DNA of 64,000 nucleotides from a bacterium (GCA_021372615.1 JAJFUB010000093.1:7912-71911); one strand, 5' to 3'; positions 10,006 to 22,469 are shown, numbered from the stretch's first letter. The notes: generated from the letters alone by a model not told the origin. Translations and numbers: made by a program.

Positions 10006-12237
10006 TTGCGAGCCGAGCGCTTACGCCCGTTCTACTACATCGGCGCCGGAGTGATCCTGCAGGGCCTGTCGCCGGTCCTGACCAAGCTGCTACTGACCAG
10101 CCTGTCGCCGGCCACGGTGGTCGGCGCGCGCTACCTGATCGCGGTGCTGTTCCTGCTGCCGTTCGGCTGGCGGCACACTTCGCCCCACGAGCACGAGCCG
10201 CCACGGCGGCGCGACTGGGTGGCGCTGTTCCTGGTGGGGGCGCTGGGTTCGGGCCTGGCCGCCCTGCTGTTCACCCGCGCCATTGACCTGACCTCGGCGG
10301 GCATCGCGACCTCTCTGTCCAAGACGGCTCCCATCTTCGTCGCCTTCTTCGCCTACTTCACGCTCAAGGAGCGCGTCACGTCGGCGCGGCTGCTGCTGGT
10401 GGGGCTGATGGTGGCGGCGGACCTGCTGATCGGCGCCGGGGAGATGCGCGCGGGGACGGAAGTCGGCCAGCGCCTGCTGGGGGACGGCATGGCCATCGGC
10501 GCCGGGGCGTTGCGCGCCATGGCGGAGATCCTCAGCAAGACGTCACTGCGGCGCTTCTACCCCTCGACCGTGGCCCTGTGGCGCTTCGGGATCGGCTTCG
10601 CGTTCACGGGGATCATCGCCGGGGTCAGTGGCGAGGTCGGGGCGCTGCGGCTGCTGGAGCCGCGGGAGTGGTGGCTGCTGCTGGTGCTGGGGATTGGCTG
10701 CACGAGCCTGTCCATGACATTGTACTACCGGGGCCTGCGCGAAGTGCCGGCCCACGTGGCGGTCAGCCTGCGCCTGCTGTCGGCGATCGTGACGGTGCTC
10801 ATATCGTGGGTGGTCCTGGGCGAGGCGCTCAACGCCCTGCACATCGCGGGCATCGCGATCCTGGTGGCGGGGGCGTACCTGATCGTGGTGCGCACCACGC
10901 GGCAGCCGGTGCATCGGGCCGCGCCCGCGGAGGCCGCGGGCCCCGGGGTGCGCCTGGGGCCGATGCAGACCCTGCGGGGCCGCGTGGCCGTGATGGTCGC
11001 CAGCATGATCGTCCTGACCGTCACCGCAGCCACCGTACTGTCGGTGCAGCACACGTGGACGGTGCTGAACGACCAGGTGCGGCTGACGATGGTGAAGACG
11101 GCCACGATGATCCTGCAACTGCGAGGCGTCGCCCAGCCGCCCAGTCCCGAGACCTACCGGCAGTACCTGGACCGTGTCCTGCGCGACAGCTTCACGGGGC
11201 GCTTCTACTCGGTGGACATCGAGTACCTGTGCGTGCTGGACGGTCAGGGGAATGTCATCGCCTTCGCCCGGCGCAGCGAGCTGGACATCCGCGACGCCCG
11301 CGGCCAGCCGATGCTCGGGGACGGGGAAGCGGTGGCGCTGCGCCTGTTGGAGTTGACGGAGACACGCGAGTTGCAGCGGCGGTACGACATCATCCCGATC
11401 GCCGCGGAGCTGAACCAGGGCGGGCGCGTGACGGGCATGGTCAAGATGGGGTGCCGACGCAGCCTCGTCTACCGTACCGCGTATGAGATCGCGCTGCGGA
11501 ACATGAGCCTGGCGATCCTGCTCATCATCGTGGGGGTGGCCATCTCGTACCGCCTGACCGATGTGCTGGCGCGGCCGCTGGAGGACCTGGCCGGCACAGT
11601 GCGACGCGTGGCGCAGGGCGAGCTGGATGCGCCGCTGGTGCCGCTGGGCAGCCGCGAGGTCGCCAGCCTGGGGGCGTCGGTGGCGCGCATGGCAGGAGAT
11701 TTGCGACAGGCGCGGATGCTGCGCGAGACGCTGGCGCGGCTGACGTGCCCGCAGGCACAGCAGGCGCCGCTGCCCCCCGTGAGCCTGTTGGTGCGCCTGG
11801 AGGGCGAGGACGGGGCAGGGCGGGAGGACCTGCTGCAGGCGCTCCTGGATGCTGTCTGCAGCAATGAGGGCCGGCTGGCGGCGGTGGCGCCCGGCCACGT
11901 GCTGGCGGTGTTTGGCGAGGCGGATCCCGAGCAGGATGATGTGCTGCGGGCGGTGGTGGCGGCGCTCGAATGGCGGGGAGCGGCCGGGGGGGCGCAAGTG
12001 GCGCTGGTGGACCTGGCGGGGGGGGAGGGCGCGACGGCGGCGGAACGGCTGGAGGCGCTGCGGGCGGTGCTAGAGCAGGCCGAGCCGGAGGGGGCGGGGG
12101 TCTACGTGACTCAGGCGGCCGCGGAGGCGGCCGGCGAGCACCTGGAGTCGGCGGCGAGCGGCGCCGGAGGGCTGCGGCGGGTGTGCGAACCGGAGGAGGG
12201 TGCCAACGAGGCCGAGACAGAAGAAGAGGAGTGGTAG
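10006..12237 (+). CDS. Fusion: EamA/DMT transporter (two repeats) + TM-sensor-TM + HAMP + degenerate class III nucleotide-cyclase-like domain
   Basis: DMT motifs (TAPIFVAFFAYFTLKERVT; SWVVLGEAL..HIAGIAILVAG), HAMP (ARPLEDLAGTVRRVAQGELD...EVASLGASVARM) and a cyclase-like segment (NEGRLAAVAPGHVLAVFG...DDVLRAVVAAL). TTG start is uncertain. Confidence 0.75.
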   Translation: MRAERLRPFYYIGAGVILQGLSPVLTKLLLTSLSPATVVGARYLIAVLFLLPFGWRHTSPHEHEPPRRRDWVALFLVGALGSGLAALLFTRAIDLTSAGIATSLSKTAPIFVAFFAYFTLKERVTSARLLLVGLMVAADLLIGAGEMRAGTEVGQRLLGDGMAIGAGALRAMAEILSKTSLRRFYPSTVALWRFGIGFAFTGIIAGVSGEVGALRLLEPREWWLLLVLGIGCTSLSMTLYYRGLREVPAHVAVSLRLLSAIVTVLISWVVLGEALNALHIAGIAILVAGAYLIVVRTTRQPVHRAAPAEAAGPGVRLGPMQTLRGRVAVMVASMIVLTVTAATVLSVQHTWTVLNDQVRLTMVKTATMILQLRGVAQPPSPETYRQYLDRVLRDSFTGRFYSVDIEYLCVLDGQGNVIAFARRSELDIRDARGQPMLGDGEAVALRLLELTETRELQRRYDIIPIAAELNQGGRVTGMVKMGCRRSLVYRTAYEIALRNMSLAILLIIVGVAISYRLTDVLARPLEDLAGTVRRVAQGELDAPLVPLGSREVASLGASVARMAGDLRQARMLRETLARLTCPQAQQAPLPPVSLLVRLEGEDGAGREDLLQALLDAVCSNEGRLAAVAPGHVLAVFGEADPEQDDVLRAVVAALEWRGAAGGAQVALVDLAGGEGATAAERLEALRAVLEQAEPEGAGVYVTQAAAEAAGEHLESAASGAGGLRRVCEPEEGANEAETEEEEW

Positions 12238-12290
12238 TCGCGGCCATCGAGAGGCAGGGGCCGAGGAGGGTTGAAGATGTCGGGCCTGGG

Positions 12291-12296
12291 TACAAT
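12291..12296 (+). promoter_or_regulatory. Candidate -10 box (TACAAT) 7 nt upstream of the ATG, possibly a leaderless transcript
   Basis: TACAAT at 12291-12296 and ATG at 12304. No -35 box at canonical spacing. Confidence 0.35.
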
Positions 12297-12303
12297 AAGG
12301 CCA

Positions 12304-12957
12304 ATGTGCTACCGGGATCGGTGGAGAGGCCGTCACGGCTTCACACTCATCGAGCTGCTGGTGGTGATCGCCATCATCGCGATCCTGGCGGCCATCCTTT
12401 TCCCCGTCTTCGCCCGGGCCCGTGAGAAGGCCCGCTCCACGCGCTGCGTCGCCAACCTCAAGCAACTCGGCAACGCCATGCGCATGTACATGGATGACTA
12501 CGACGGGCTCTTCCCCTGGTGTGTGGACATCGCCGACAAGAACCTGCCCGAGATCTGGAGCGACTACCCCGCCTGGCAGGTCCTGATCGCCTCCATGCCC
12601 CTCATGCACGATGTCGTGGACCCGTATGTCAAGAACAAGGAAGTGTGGCACTGCGCGTCGGACAAGGGGTTCGACGTGCTGGAGGATGCCGGCAACCTGC
12701 CGCTGCCGGCGCATCCGACCTGCTACAACGCCTTCGGGTCCAGCTACATGTACCGCACGGAGCTGACCTTCCGGCAGGCCACGCAGGAGAGCCTGCCCGA
12801 CCCGGTCGCGATCAATGTCCTGTTCGACGGGAGCGGCACCTGGCACGGGGGGAATGAGTGGGGGAGCTTCCGCTGGAACGTGCTGTACGGCGACGGGCAC
12901 GTGAAGACCACGAACCGTGGGCAGTACGACACAGCGTGGAACACGGCCGTGCAGTAG
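12304..12957 (+). CDS. Prepilin-type N-terminal cleavage/methylation, DUF1559-like protein
   Basis: [34 protein letters not shown]...C..NLKQLG.A..MY..DYD, and a C-terminal WH...[10 protein letters not shown]. Confidence 0.9.
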   Translation: MCYRDRWRGRHGFTLIELLVVIAIIAILAAILFPVFARAREKARSTRCVANLKQLGNAMRMYMDDYDGLFPWCVDIADKNLPEIWSDYPAWQVLIASMPLMHDVVDPYVKNKEVWHCASDKGFDVLEDAGNLPLPAHPTCYNAFGSSYMYRTELTFRQATQESLPDPVAINVLFDGSGTWHGGNEWGSFRWNVLYGDGHVKTTNRGQYDTAWNTAVQ

Positions 12958-12970
12958 CGGCCACCCGACA

Positions 12971-15397
<2,427 letters not shown>

Positions 15398-15475
15398 GAA
15401 TCACTCCCAGGCTGGCAGGCAGCGCAAGACGTGGCGTCAGGGAGACACCGTGGCTGCCCGATGATGCGGTGCGTC

Positions 15476-17941
15476 TCAGACCCGTAGGCGCCGCAGCTTG
15501 GTCTGCGCGGCGGCGATAGCGTCACTCAGGCGCAGAGCGTGGCGGAGGCCCTCGGAGGTGGCGGCCATCCGCCAGGGGTGCTGCACGGCCACCGGCTCCA
15601 GCACGAAGCGGATGCCAGTGGGGCGCGGGGGCGGGATCGTCAGCCAGCGCGCCGGCTCCAGACCCTGGACCTTCATGTCGCGGTCATCAAAGCCGACGCG
15701 GCTGGGGTCCACCAGGTTCTCCAACTGCGCCAGCTGAGCATAGCGGCCGTCCATGGCGCCGCGGCCGATGACCCGCATGCGCTCCCAGTGGCGTAAGGCC
15801 GCCTCGACGTCGTTGGGACGGTTGCGGAGCATGTAGGCGATCCCGATGTTCCCGTGCAGGCCGGGGTCGAGTTCGTTGTGCAGCAGCGCCTGTCTAAAGT
15901 AATGCACGGCCACGTCCAGGAGTTCCATGGCGGTGGCGCGCAACTGCCCGCGCCTGGCGTCGGACAGCAGTTGCGTGCGGAAGAGCAGTTGGATGCGATG
16001 CGCCTGGCGGGCTGCGGCCAGAGCAGCCATGGAGTGCAACTCGGGCTTGCTCTCCGCGCGGATGCTCTTGCGGAAGGCCGCCAGGGCATGCTCGTAGTCC
16101 TTGAGCAGATAGAGGCAGCGGCCGAGATTGCGGGCGGCGTAGGCCAACAGGTCGCGCGATTCGCAGGCCGCTTCCAGCAGGGGCACCGCGCGCCGTATGC
16201 AGGCGCGGCCGCCGACGGTGAGGGCGATCTCGCCATCGTCGGTGCGATGGGTCTGCTTCTCCCCCTGCTCAGCCAGGATCGTGCCCATCAGGTAGGTGAT
16301 CTCGGGGCTCTTGGGTTCCAGTTTCGACGCCGCTTCGAGGTGTTCCTCGGCGACCTCGAACTGCTCCTGCATGTAGTGATAGAGTCCGAGGTTGACATGC
16401 GCCTCCGCGGCCAGGTCGTGCCGTTCGAGACCGCTCAGCAGACCGGCGTAGCGGTCCTGCACCGGGGCCAGGAGCGGCTCGCGCTCGGCGAGGGCGACCT
16501 GGCGGTCGAAGTGGCTGGCGGCGTGGGCCAGAGTCGCAGTCGCCGTGTCGAACACGAGGTGGGCATCGTCGGGCCACTGCTTGAGGGCGCGCTCCAGGAC
16601 GTTCAGAGCGGCGCCGATCTCGCCTTGCAGCAGCAGCGCGCGCCCCATGTTGCTGCACGCGATGGGGCCGGCGCCCGACGCCTGCACCGCCGACTGGAAG
16701 TGCGAGAGCGCCTCGGCCCGGCGCCCGAGTTCCCACAGCGCCACCGCGAACACCGTATAGGCCTCGTAGCTGGTGTCGCCCAGCTCGATGGCGTCGGCGG
16801 CCGCGTCGGCGGCCTTGGCTGTCTGGCGGATGGCCAACTCGGATACGGCCAGGTTGTATGAGGCGTCGCCGCGGTAGCTGTCGCCGTGGAGCAGCGATCG
16901 GAACCCGCGCTCGGCCAGGTGCCAATGCCCTGCAGCGGCGTCTGCGGCAGTCATGTTGATGAGAATGGCGCCATCGGAGGGGGCAACCCGGTGGGCGCGC
17001 CGCAGGTACAGGCGCGCCTGCTCGAACTGCCCCGCGGCGGTGAGGATGACACCCAGCCAGTTGGCGAAGGCCGGTTCGGATGGGTCCTGACGGCTGGCCT
17101 GCATGATCTCCCCGGCTGCCTGCTGGAGCTGCTCGCGCTGGTAGGCGACCAGACCCAGGTTGGCGCGGGCGGGGGCCAGCTCAGGCTTGGCCGCGACAGC
17201 CCGCTCGAGCCATGGGGCTGCGGCTTCCCACTGCCCGCGCAGGGCCAGGGCAACCCCGATGTTGTTCATGGCCGGGGCCGTGAGGTCGTGGCCGGTCCGG
17301 GTGATCATCTCGGCCAGGCGCTCGGGCCCTGTGACCAGCGGCGCCAGCAGGGCGCAGTTGGCGGCGGCCTGTCCGTTGGCACCGTTACCCATGGCCCGCA
17401 CGAACAGCTCTGCGGCCCGGTCGGGCTCATCCCGACACGCCAGGACCACGCCGAGGTTGTTGAGCAGATCGTGGTTGGCCGGGTCCAGTTCGAGCGCGTG
17501 GGCCAGTTGCGCTTCGGCAGTGTCGAGGTGCCCCCGCAGGTACTCCGCGACAGCCAGGTCGCACAACACCGGGCCCGAGGGCCCGTCCTCGGCCAGGTGT
17601 GACAGGGCGTGTCGCTCAGCCCGCACGAGGCTTCGCACCTGGCGCCGCCGGCCCCACAGGGAGAAGAACACCCAGCCCCGGCGGAGGACGCGCCAGGCCT
17701 GGCCGGGGATCAGCACTACCAGTGTGGCGACGGCGCCGCCACCGATGGCTGCCAGGCCGATGGCCACATAGCTGAGTGGCTGCACGAAGCGCGCGCACAG
17801 GCAGCCGGCCATGATGGCGGTATCGAGGATGACCAGCAGCACAAGCACCCGCCGGAACCGGAAGGTCTCCAGGCGGATCCGCTCGGTCTTGCGGGCCTCG
17901 TCATGTGGTGGCAGTTGCCACTGATGATGCAGTTGCCACAC
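15476..17941 (-). CDS. Large membrane-anchored TPR repeat protein
   Basis: Two N-terminal hydrophobic segments followed by many TPRs (LLNNLGVVLA, ARANLGLVAY, ASYNLAV, AHVNLGLYHY, LHGNIGIAY). The start is uncertain. Confidence 0.8.
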   Translation of the reverse strand: MWQLHHQWQLPPHDEARKTERIRLETFRFRRVLVLLVILDTAIMAGCLCARFVQPLSYVAIGLAAIGGGAVATLVVLIPGQAWRVLRRGWVFFSLWGRRRQVRSLVRAERHALSHLAEDGPSGPVLCDLAVAEYLRGHLDTAEAQLAHALELDPANHDLLNNLGVVLACRDEPDRAAELFVRAMGNGANGQAAANCALLAPLVTGPERLAEMITRTGHDLTAPAMNNIGVALALRGQWEAAAPWLERAVAAKPELAPARANLGLVAYQREQLQQAAGEIMQASRQDPSEPAFANWLGVILTAAGQFEQARLYLRRAHRVAPSDGAILINMTAADAAAGHWHLAERGFRSLLHGDSYRGDASYNLAVSELAIRQTAKAADAAADAIELGDTSYEAYTVFAVALWELGRRAEALSHFQSAVQASGAGPIACSNMGRALLLQGEIGAALNVLERALKQWPDDAHLVFDTATATLAHAASHFDRQVALAEREPLLAPVQDRYAGLLSGLERHDLAAEAHVNLGLYHYMQEQFEVAEEHLEAASKLEPKSPEITYLMGTILAEQGEKQTHRTDDGEIALTVGGRACIRRAVPLLEAACESRDLLAYAARNLGRCLYLLKDYEHALAAFRKSIRAESKPELHSMAALAAARQAHRIQLLFRTQLLSDARRGQLRATAMELLDVAVHYFRQALLHNELDPGLHGNIGIAYMLRNRPNDVEAALRHWERMRVIGRGAMDGRYAQLAQLENLVDPSRVGFDDRDMKVQGLEPARWLTIPPPRPTGIRFVLEPVAVQHPWRMAATSEGLRHALRLSDAIAAAQTKLRRLRV

Positions 17942-18087
17942 AGGCTGCTGTCCAGACAGTGCGGCCTACAGGGTCCTCCCTCCCTTTACGGCCACACATA
18001 GAGATAATGGAACCGGAGCTTCTCCTCGACCGGAAAAACGCCACCGTATTCCTATTGTGTACATCGCCAGGTGCCCCCCAAACATGA

Positions 18088-18096
18088 TGATATAAC
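18088..18096 (+). promoter_or_regulatory. Candidate extended -10 promoter (TGnTATAAC)
   Basis: TGATATAAC at 18088-18096, in an AT-richer divergent intergenic region about 90 nt upstream of ATG 18188. Confidence 0.4.
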
Positions 18097-18187
18097 CTGT
18101 CGGAGGTCCGCGGCAAGGCCCAAAGCTCCTGCAGGGGCAGGATTCGCGCCGGCGGACGCGAACTTCGCGGTAACGGAGGTAGTACCG

Positions 18188-19270
18188 ATGCGTCTGGCCA
18201 TGTCCGTGCTTGCCGTTAGTCTTGCGGCGTTTGTGGCGGCCCAGCCCGCCGACCTGGGAGCGACTCTGCCGGCGTCCGCGCCGAGCATCCTGTTCACCCG
18301 CAGCGCCGGGGCCCATGCCGTCCAGGAGTTGCCCGTGCAACTCGAGCGGGGCGAGAACCGCCTGCTCGTGGATGCCGCTTCGCTGGAGACCGACCCGAGC
18401 ACGATCCGGGTGCGTCTCCTGGAGCCGGCCGACAAGGCCCGCCTGACAGCAACGACCATCGGGCCGCAGCCCGGGCAGGTCGTGGCGGCCATCAGCGCCG
18501 ATGAGCCGGTGCGCGCCCGCCTCCGCCTCAGCTATGAGATCACGACTCTGCAGGCCGAGGTCAGCTATAGTCTGACGCTGGACCCGAAGCGCCAGCAACT
18601 CGCCCTGCAGGCTGACCTGACGGTTCGCAACAACGGCAAGCGGGACCTGCGCCAGGCGCAGGCGACGCTGGCGCAGGGCCAACAGACGACGCTGAGCCTG
18701 CGCGTGGGTGAGACGGTCCAGCGGCAGCTCCTGACGGTGCCTGACCTGCCATACACGATCAGCTACCTGTATGACAACGGGCGCTTCAAGGACACGGTGC
18801 GGACGCTGCTGACCATCCCGGCCGAGGCGCGGGCCAAGACGCCGCTGCCCGCCGGCAAGGCGCGCCTGTACGCTCCGGACGCCGGCGGCGGACGCACGCT
18901 GGTGGCCGAGGCCGCGATGGCCTATGCCCCGGCAGGGGAGAAGGTCGAACTGGACCTGGGGGCGGCGCCGGAGCTGGCCGTGCTGCGGACGCGCCTGCGC
19001 AGCGACCAGGTCAATGTGCGCACCGACGTGTACCACAAGCTGGCGCTCTTTGACCTGGACGAGGAGTACGAGCTGGAGCTGAGCAATCGCCGACCGGGGC
19101 CGGTGACGCTGGTGGTGCGGGAACGCGTGCCGGGCGACTGGCAACTCGTGAAGAGCTCGCAGCAGCCCGAGCAGACCGACAGCGGCACGCTGGAGTGGAC
19201 CATCCGGCTGAACGCGGGCGCCAAAGAGAAGCTGACCTACTCGGTCAAGCGGCTCAACGTGGAGCCGTAG
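18188..19270 (+). CDS. Exported DUF4139-like protein
   Basis: Signal peptide, WxxSY-like VSYSLTLD, PLPAGKARLY, and a C-terminal YELELSNRR...VRERVPGDWQLVKSS...KLTYSV. The start was placed at ATG 18188 after GGAGG. Confidence 0.75.
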   Translation: MRLAMSVLAVSLAAFVAAQPADLGATLPASAPSILFTRSAGAHAVQELPVQLERGENRLLVDAASLETDPSTIRVRLLEPADKARLTATTIGPQPGQVVAAISADEPVRARLRLSYEITTLQAEVSYSLTLDPKRQQLALQADLTVRNNGKRDLRQAQATLAQGQQTTLSLRVGETVQRQLLTVPDLPYTISYLYDNGRFKDTVRTLLTIPAEARAKTPLPAGKARLYAPDAGGGRTLVAEAAMAYAPAGEKVELDLGAAPELAVLRTRLRSDQVNVRTDVYHKLALFDLDEEYELELSNRRPGPVTLVVRERVPGDWQLVKSSQQPEQTDSGTLEWTIRLNAGAKEKLTYSVKRLNVEP

Positions 19271-19278
19271 GACCTGAC

Positions 19279-19968
19279 ATGCCTGAGGAGAGCACGGAGA
19301 GACTGCGCGGACGGTCCCGGCGGACGCCGCCGGCGGCACCCAAGCGGCTGGAGTTGGAGGCCTGGAGCCGGGGGCTGCGCTACGTCGCGGGTGTGGATGA
19401 GGTGGGACGCGGACCGTTGGCCGGGCCGGTCGTCGCCGCGGCTGTGATCTTCCCCCCGGACGTGCACATCCCGCACGTGACGGACTCCAAGCTGCTGCGG
19501 CCGGAGGAGCGCGAGGAGCTGGCCGAGCGCATCCGCGCGGAGGCGCTGGCGTGGGGCGTGGGGCTGGTGCCCGCGCCGCTGATCGATGCCATCAACATCC
19601 TGCGGGCGACCCATGTGGCCATGCGGGAGGCCATCCGGTCGCTCGATCCGGCGCCCGAGATGCTGCTGGTGGACGGCCGGGCGCTGCCGGACATCGAGTT
19701 CCCCCAGGTCCATGTCATCGGCGGCGACCGGCGCAGCTTCGTCATCGCCGCCGCCTCGATCCTGGCCAAGACACACCGCGACCGGATCATGGAGCACCTC
19801 GACGCGCTGTACCCCCAATACGGCTTCGCCGGCCACAAGGGCTATGCCAGCGCCGAGCACCTGCGGGCGATCGGCGAGCACGGTCCCTGCCCGGCGCACC
19901 GGCTGAGCTTCTCACCGTTCGCCGGGGAGGCGCAGGGGGTGCTGGAGTTCGGGGAGGACGAGGGGTAG
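19279..19968 (+). CDS. rnhB: Ribonuclease HII
   Basis: AGVDEVGRGPLAGPVVAAAV, DSK, LVDG, IAAASILAK and GFAGHKGY. Confidence 0.95.
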   Translation: MPEESTERLRGRSRRTPPAAPKRLELEAWSRGLRYVAGVDEVGRGPLAGPVVAAAVIFPPDVHIPHVTDSKLLRPEEREELAERIRAEALAWGVGLVPAPLIDAINILRATHVAMREAIRSLDPAPEMLLVDGRALPDIEFPQVHVIGGDRRSFVIAAASILAKTHRDRIMEHLDALYPQYGFAGHKGYASAEHLRAIGEHGPCPAHRLSFSPFAGEAQGVLEFGEDEG

Positions 19969-19976
19969 GCGGAGCT

Positions 19977-20774
19977 TCACGGGTCTGAGTCGTACGTCAA
20001 CTGTCGGCTGTGATCCTCGGCCGGGCCGCGGTCGGGGCACGCCTGCACCCGCCACTGTCCCCTCTCCCCCACGAACACCTGCGCGCACTGGCCGTCGTGC
20101 TGGTAGGCCGGGGCGATCAGGTGGTACGTGACGCCACCGCGGCGCTTCCACAGGCACTTGTGCTTGTGGCCCTCGAAGACGCCGAGGAGCCGGTCAGCGT
20201 GGTCGTGCAGCACCTGCTCCAGTACGTTGGCCGGCGGCCAGAACCAGCCATTGTTCGTCTCGACCCACTCGGGCAGGTCCGCCTGCTGGAAGCCGATGGC
20301 CTCGTGAGTGAACGCCAGGACGGGGCCCTCGGCGCGGGCCAGGTCATCGCGCAGCCATGCGACCTGGCGGCCGAGCGTGTCGGCCTGGTCGGGCTGCAAT
20401 AGGCCGATCCACGAGTCCAGCACCACGCAGTGCACCCCGCGGCAGTCGAAGCTGTACCAGCGGCCGGGCATCCCCCAGGTCCCCAGCAGTTCGTCCCAGC
20501 CTAGCTGCCCGAACAGCTCCACCGGCTCGGCCTCATGGTTGCCGATGACGTAGGCGTGCGGGCAGGGCAGGCGCTGGATCTGCCGATGGTACAAGCGCAG
20601 GTCGGCCGGGGTGTCCTGTTCGGGGCGACCGTAGATGTTGTCGCCCAGGGAGACGACGAAGTCCGGCGGGTCGGGCAGGGCCAGGATCTGGTCCACGATC
20701 CGCGGGAGGTGCTTGAGGTTGCCGGCCTGGGTGTGGGCGTCGGCGATGGCGACGAAGTTCAGGATCGGGGTCAT
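19977..20774 (-). CDS. Calcineurin-like metallophosphoesterase
   Basis: DAH, GDNIY, GNHE, THE and GHKH metal-binding motifs. Confidence 0.88.
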   Translation of the reverse strand: MTPILNFVAIADAHTQAGNLKHLPRIVDQILALPDPPDFVVSLGDNIYGRPEQDTPADLRLYHRQIQRLPCPHAYVIGNHEAEPVELFGQLGWDELLGTWGMPGRWYSFDCRGVHCVVLDSWIGLLQPDQADTLGRQVAWLRDDLARAEGPVLAFTHEAIGFQQADLPEWVETNNGWFWPPANVLEQVLHDHADRLLGVFEGHKHKCLWKRRGGVTYHLIAPAYQHDGQCAQVFVGERGQWRVQACPDRGPAEDHSRQLTYDSDP

Positions 20775-21655
20775 GGCTCACGCGGTGGGAAGAAAGGGAA
20801 GTAGCGCGGCCAGTCGGCTTCGCTCAGCCCCCGCCCGTACTGGGAGATCATGATCGTCTCGGCGGTCTTCACCTGCGCGCCGCGTGCGGGGCCGTAGCAG
20901 CGGAGGAGTGTCTCGCGCGCGGCGTCGGCGGTGTGGCCGAAGCGCGCATGCATGTTGCGGGCAGTCATCGCCCGCCGCTCGGCGTCGCTCTCGGGCACCT
21001 GGTCCAGCACGCCCCCGTTGTACGGCAGCCACTCGTACATCTGCGACACATGGCAGTGGACCATGTCGATCTTGCGCTCCATGACCTCATCGGTATCAAT
21101 GGCGACGGTGGGGACATAGGGCGTGGGGTCGGTGAAGCCGTCGAACAGGTAACCCACCACGGGCGGGCGCGTGAGCGGCTCGGTCAGCGGCGCCACGTTG
21201 GGCACGGTGACGGTGTAGGCCGCGTCCTGCACCAGCACCCCGACGGCGCGGTGGTCGGGGTGGTAGTCGTTGGCGCGGTGGCATAGCACCAGGTCGGCCC
21301 GCGCCTCGCGCATGATCTGGATGACCAGCTTGCGGGTGGGGACGTTGGCCTCCAACTCGCCATTGTGGATGTCCAGCACGTCGTAGCGGATGTCGGCGAT
21401 GGCGGCGGAGGCCTGGGCCTCGGCGTGGCGGCGGCGCGCCAGCGGTCCGCCGCCCATGGAGAAGTGGCCCGTGTCGCCATTGGTCACCGAGACGAAGCGA
21501 ACGGCGCAGCCGTGGCGGCGGTACAGCATCGCCGCGCCGCCAAAGCGCAGGTCGCAGTCGTCGGGATGGGCGCCGAAGACAAGGACGCTGAGGGGGCGTT
21601 CAGTGTCGTCAGCCTGCGCGGCGGCGCCGGCCAGGGCGTCTCGCTTGCTGGTCAT
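20771..21655 (-). CDS. PIG-L/LmbE family N-acetyl deacetylase
   Basis: GAHPDDCD, VSVTNGDTG, RRHAEAQASA, NDYHPDH and CHVSQM. Confidence 0.9.
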   Translation of the reverse strand: MTSKRDALAGAAAQADDTERPLSVLVFGAHPDDCDLRFGGAAMLYRRHGCAVRFVSVTNGDTGHFSMGGGPLARRRHAEAQASAAIADIRYDVLDIHNGELEANVPTRKLVIQIMREARADLVLCHRANDYHPDHRAVGVLVQDAAYTVTVPNVAPLTEPLTRPPVVGYLFDGFTDPTPYVPTVAIDTDEVMERKIDMVHCHVSQMYEWLPYNGGVLDQVPESDAERRAMTARNMHARFGHTADAARETLLRCYGPARGAQVKTAETIMISQYGRGLSEADWPRYFPFFPPREP

Positions 21656-21720
21656 GGCGTTGTCTCCTGATTGTAGGGCGGGGGAGCCCGACAGGAGTGT
21701 CGGGCGTACCGGCTCCTTGC

Positions 21721-22446
21721 CTAGTCGCAGGCGTACAGCGTGTTCACCGCCTCGGGGCAGTGGATGATGTGCTGGTAGTGGCTGCGGCGGGCGACTTCGC
21801 GGCCCTCGCTGACGATCGGCGTCGGCGCCTGGCAGATGAAGTAGGCGCCGGTGAACTCGTTGCAGGCACAGTAGGCCCAGCGGAAGCGCCGCATGGGGTC
21901 TGCTTCAGCCATCGCGAAGTCGTAGTACGGGAGCGGGCCGGTGTCGGTCTGGAACAGGCCCCGCTCCGGATTGACGTTCATGGTCTTGACCGGGTACTCC
22001 AGCACGGCGGTTACGCCGCTGGCGGCGTCGCGGAGTTCGTTGCGGGCGATGACGATGCGGCCGGCCAGCGTCGCCTCGATCACATCCTGCTTGGTCAGCA
22101 GCGGCGTGGCCGGCACCTCCACCACGCGGCGTTGCACTGCCGTGAAGCGGTCGGCGATCAGGCCGGTGTCGAACTGCTCGCAGTCGCTGCCGACGTGGAT
22201 GCGCTCGATGCGGTAGCGGTCCGGGGAGAAGATGCCGGAGAAGTCGTAACTGGGGCTGGTCTCCGGGTTGCGGAAGAGGTCCTGCTCTGCGTACGTGTCC
22301 TCGGACTTGCATGAGGCGAACATCAGGAACTGCTCCTCGGCGCCGTCGGGCCCGCGCAGCAGGCAGCGGGCCTCGACACCGATGCGGGCGTTGTTGCCCG
22401 GCACGGTGAAGGTGACGAAGGAGCGGGCATAGTCGCAGACGTTCAT
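21721..22446 (-). CDS. Hypothetical protein (241 aa, family not recognised)
   Basis: ATG after GGAGG (MNVCDYARSF...), with codon usage like its neighbours. The upstream part of the 334-aa ORF is REP translation. Confidence 0.7.
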   Translation of the reverse strand: MNVCDYARSFVTFTVPGNNARIGVEARCLLRGPDGAEEQFLMFASCKSEDTYAEQDLFRNPETSPSYDFSGIFSPDRYRIERIHVGSDCEQFDTGLIADRFTAVQRRVVEVPATPLLTKQDVIEATLAGRIVIARNELRDAASGVTAVLEYPVKTMNVNPERGLFQTDTGPLPYYDFAMAEADPMRRFRWAYCACNEFTGAYFICQAPTPIVSEGREVARRSHYQHIIHCPEAVNTLYACD

Positions 22447-22469
22447 GTCGTACCCTCCGGGTGTGTAGG

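Noticed and set aside
18100-18187. c-di-GMP-I riboswitch suggested by GGCAA...CAAAGCT...AGGGGC
   Set aside because: I cannot build the P2 stem with its GNRA loop or the GACGC junction. An Infernal search would be needed.
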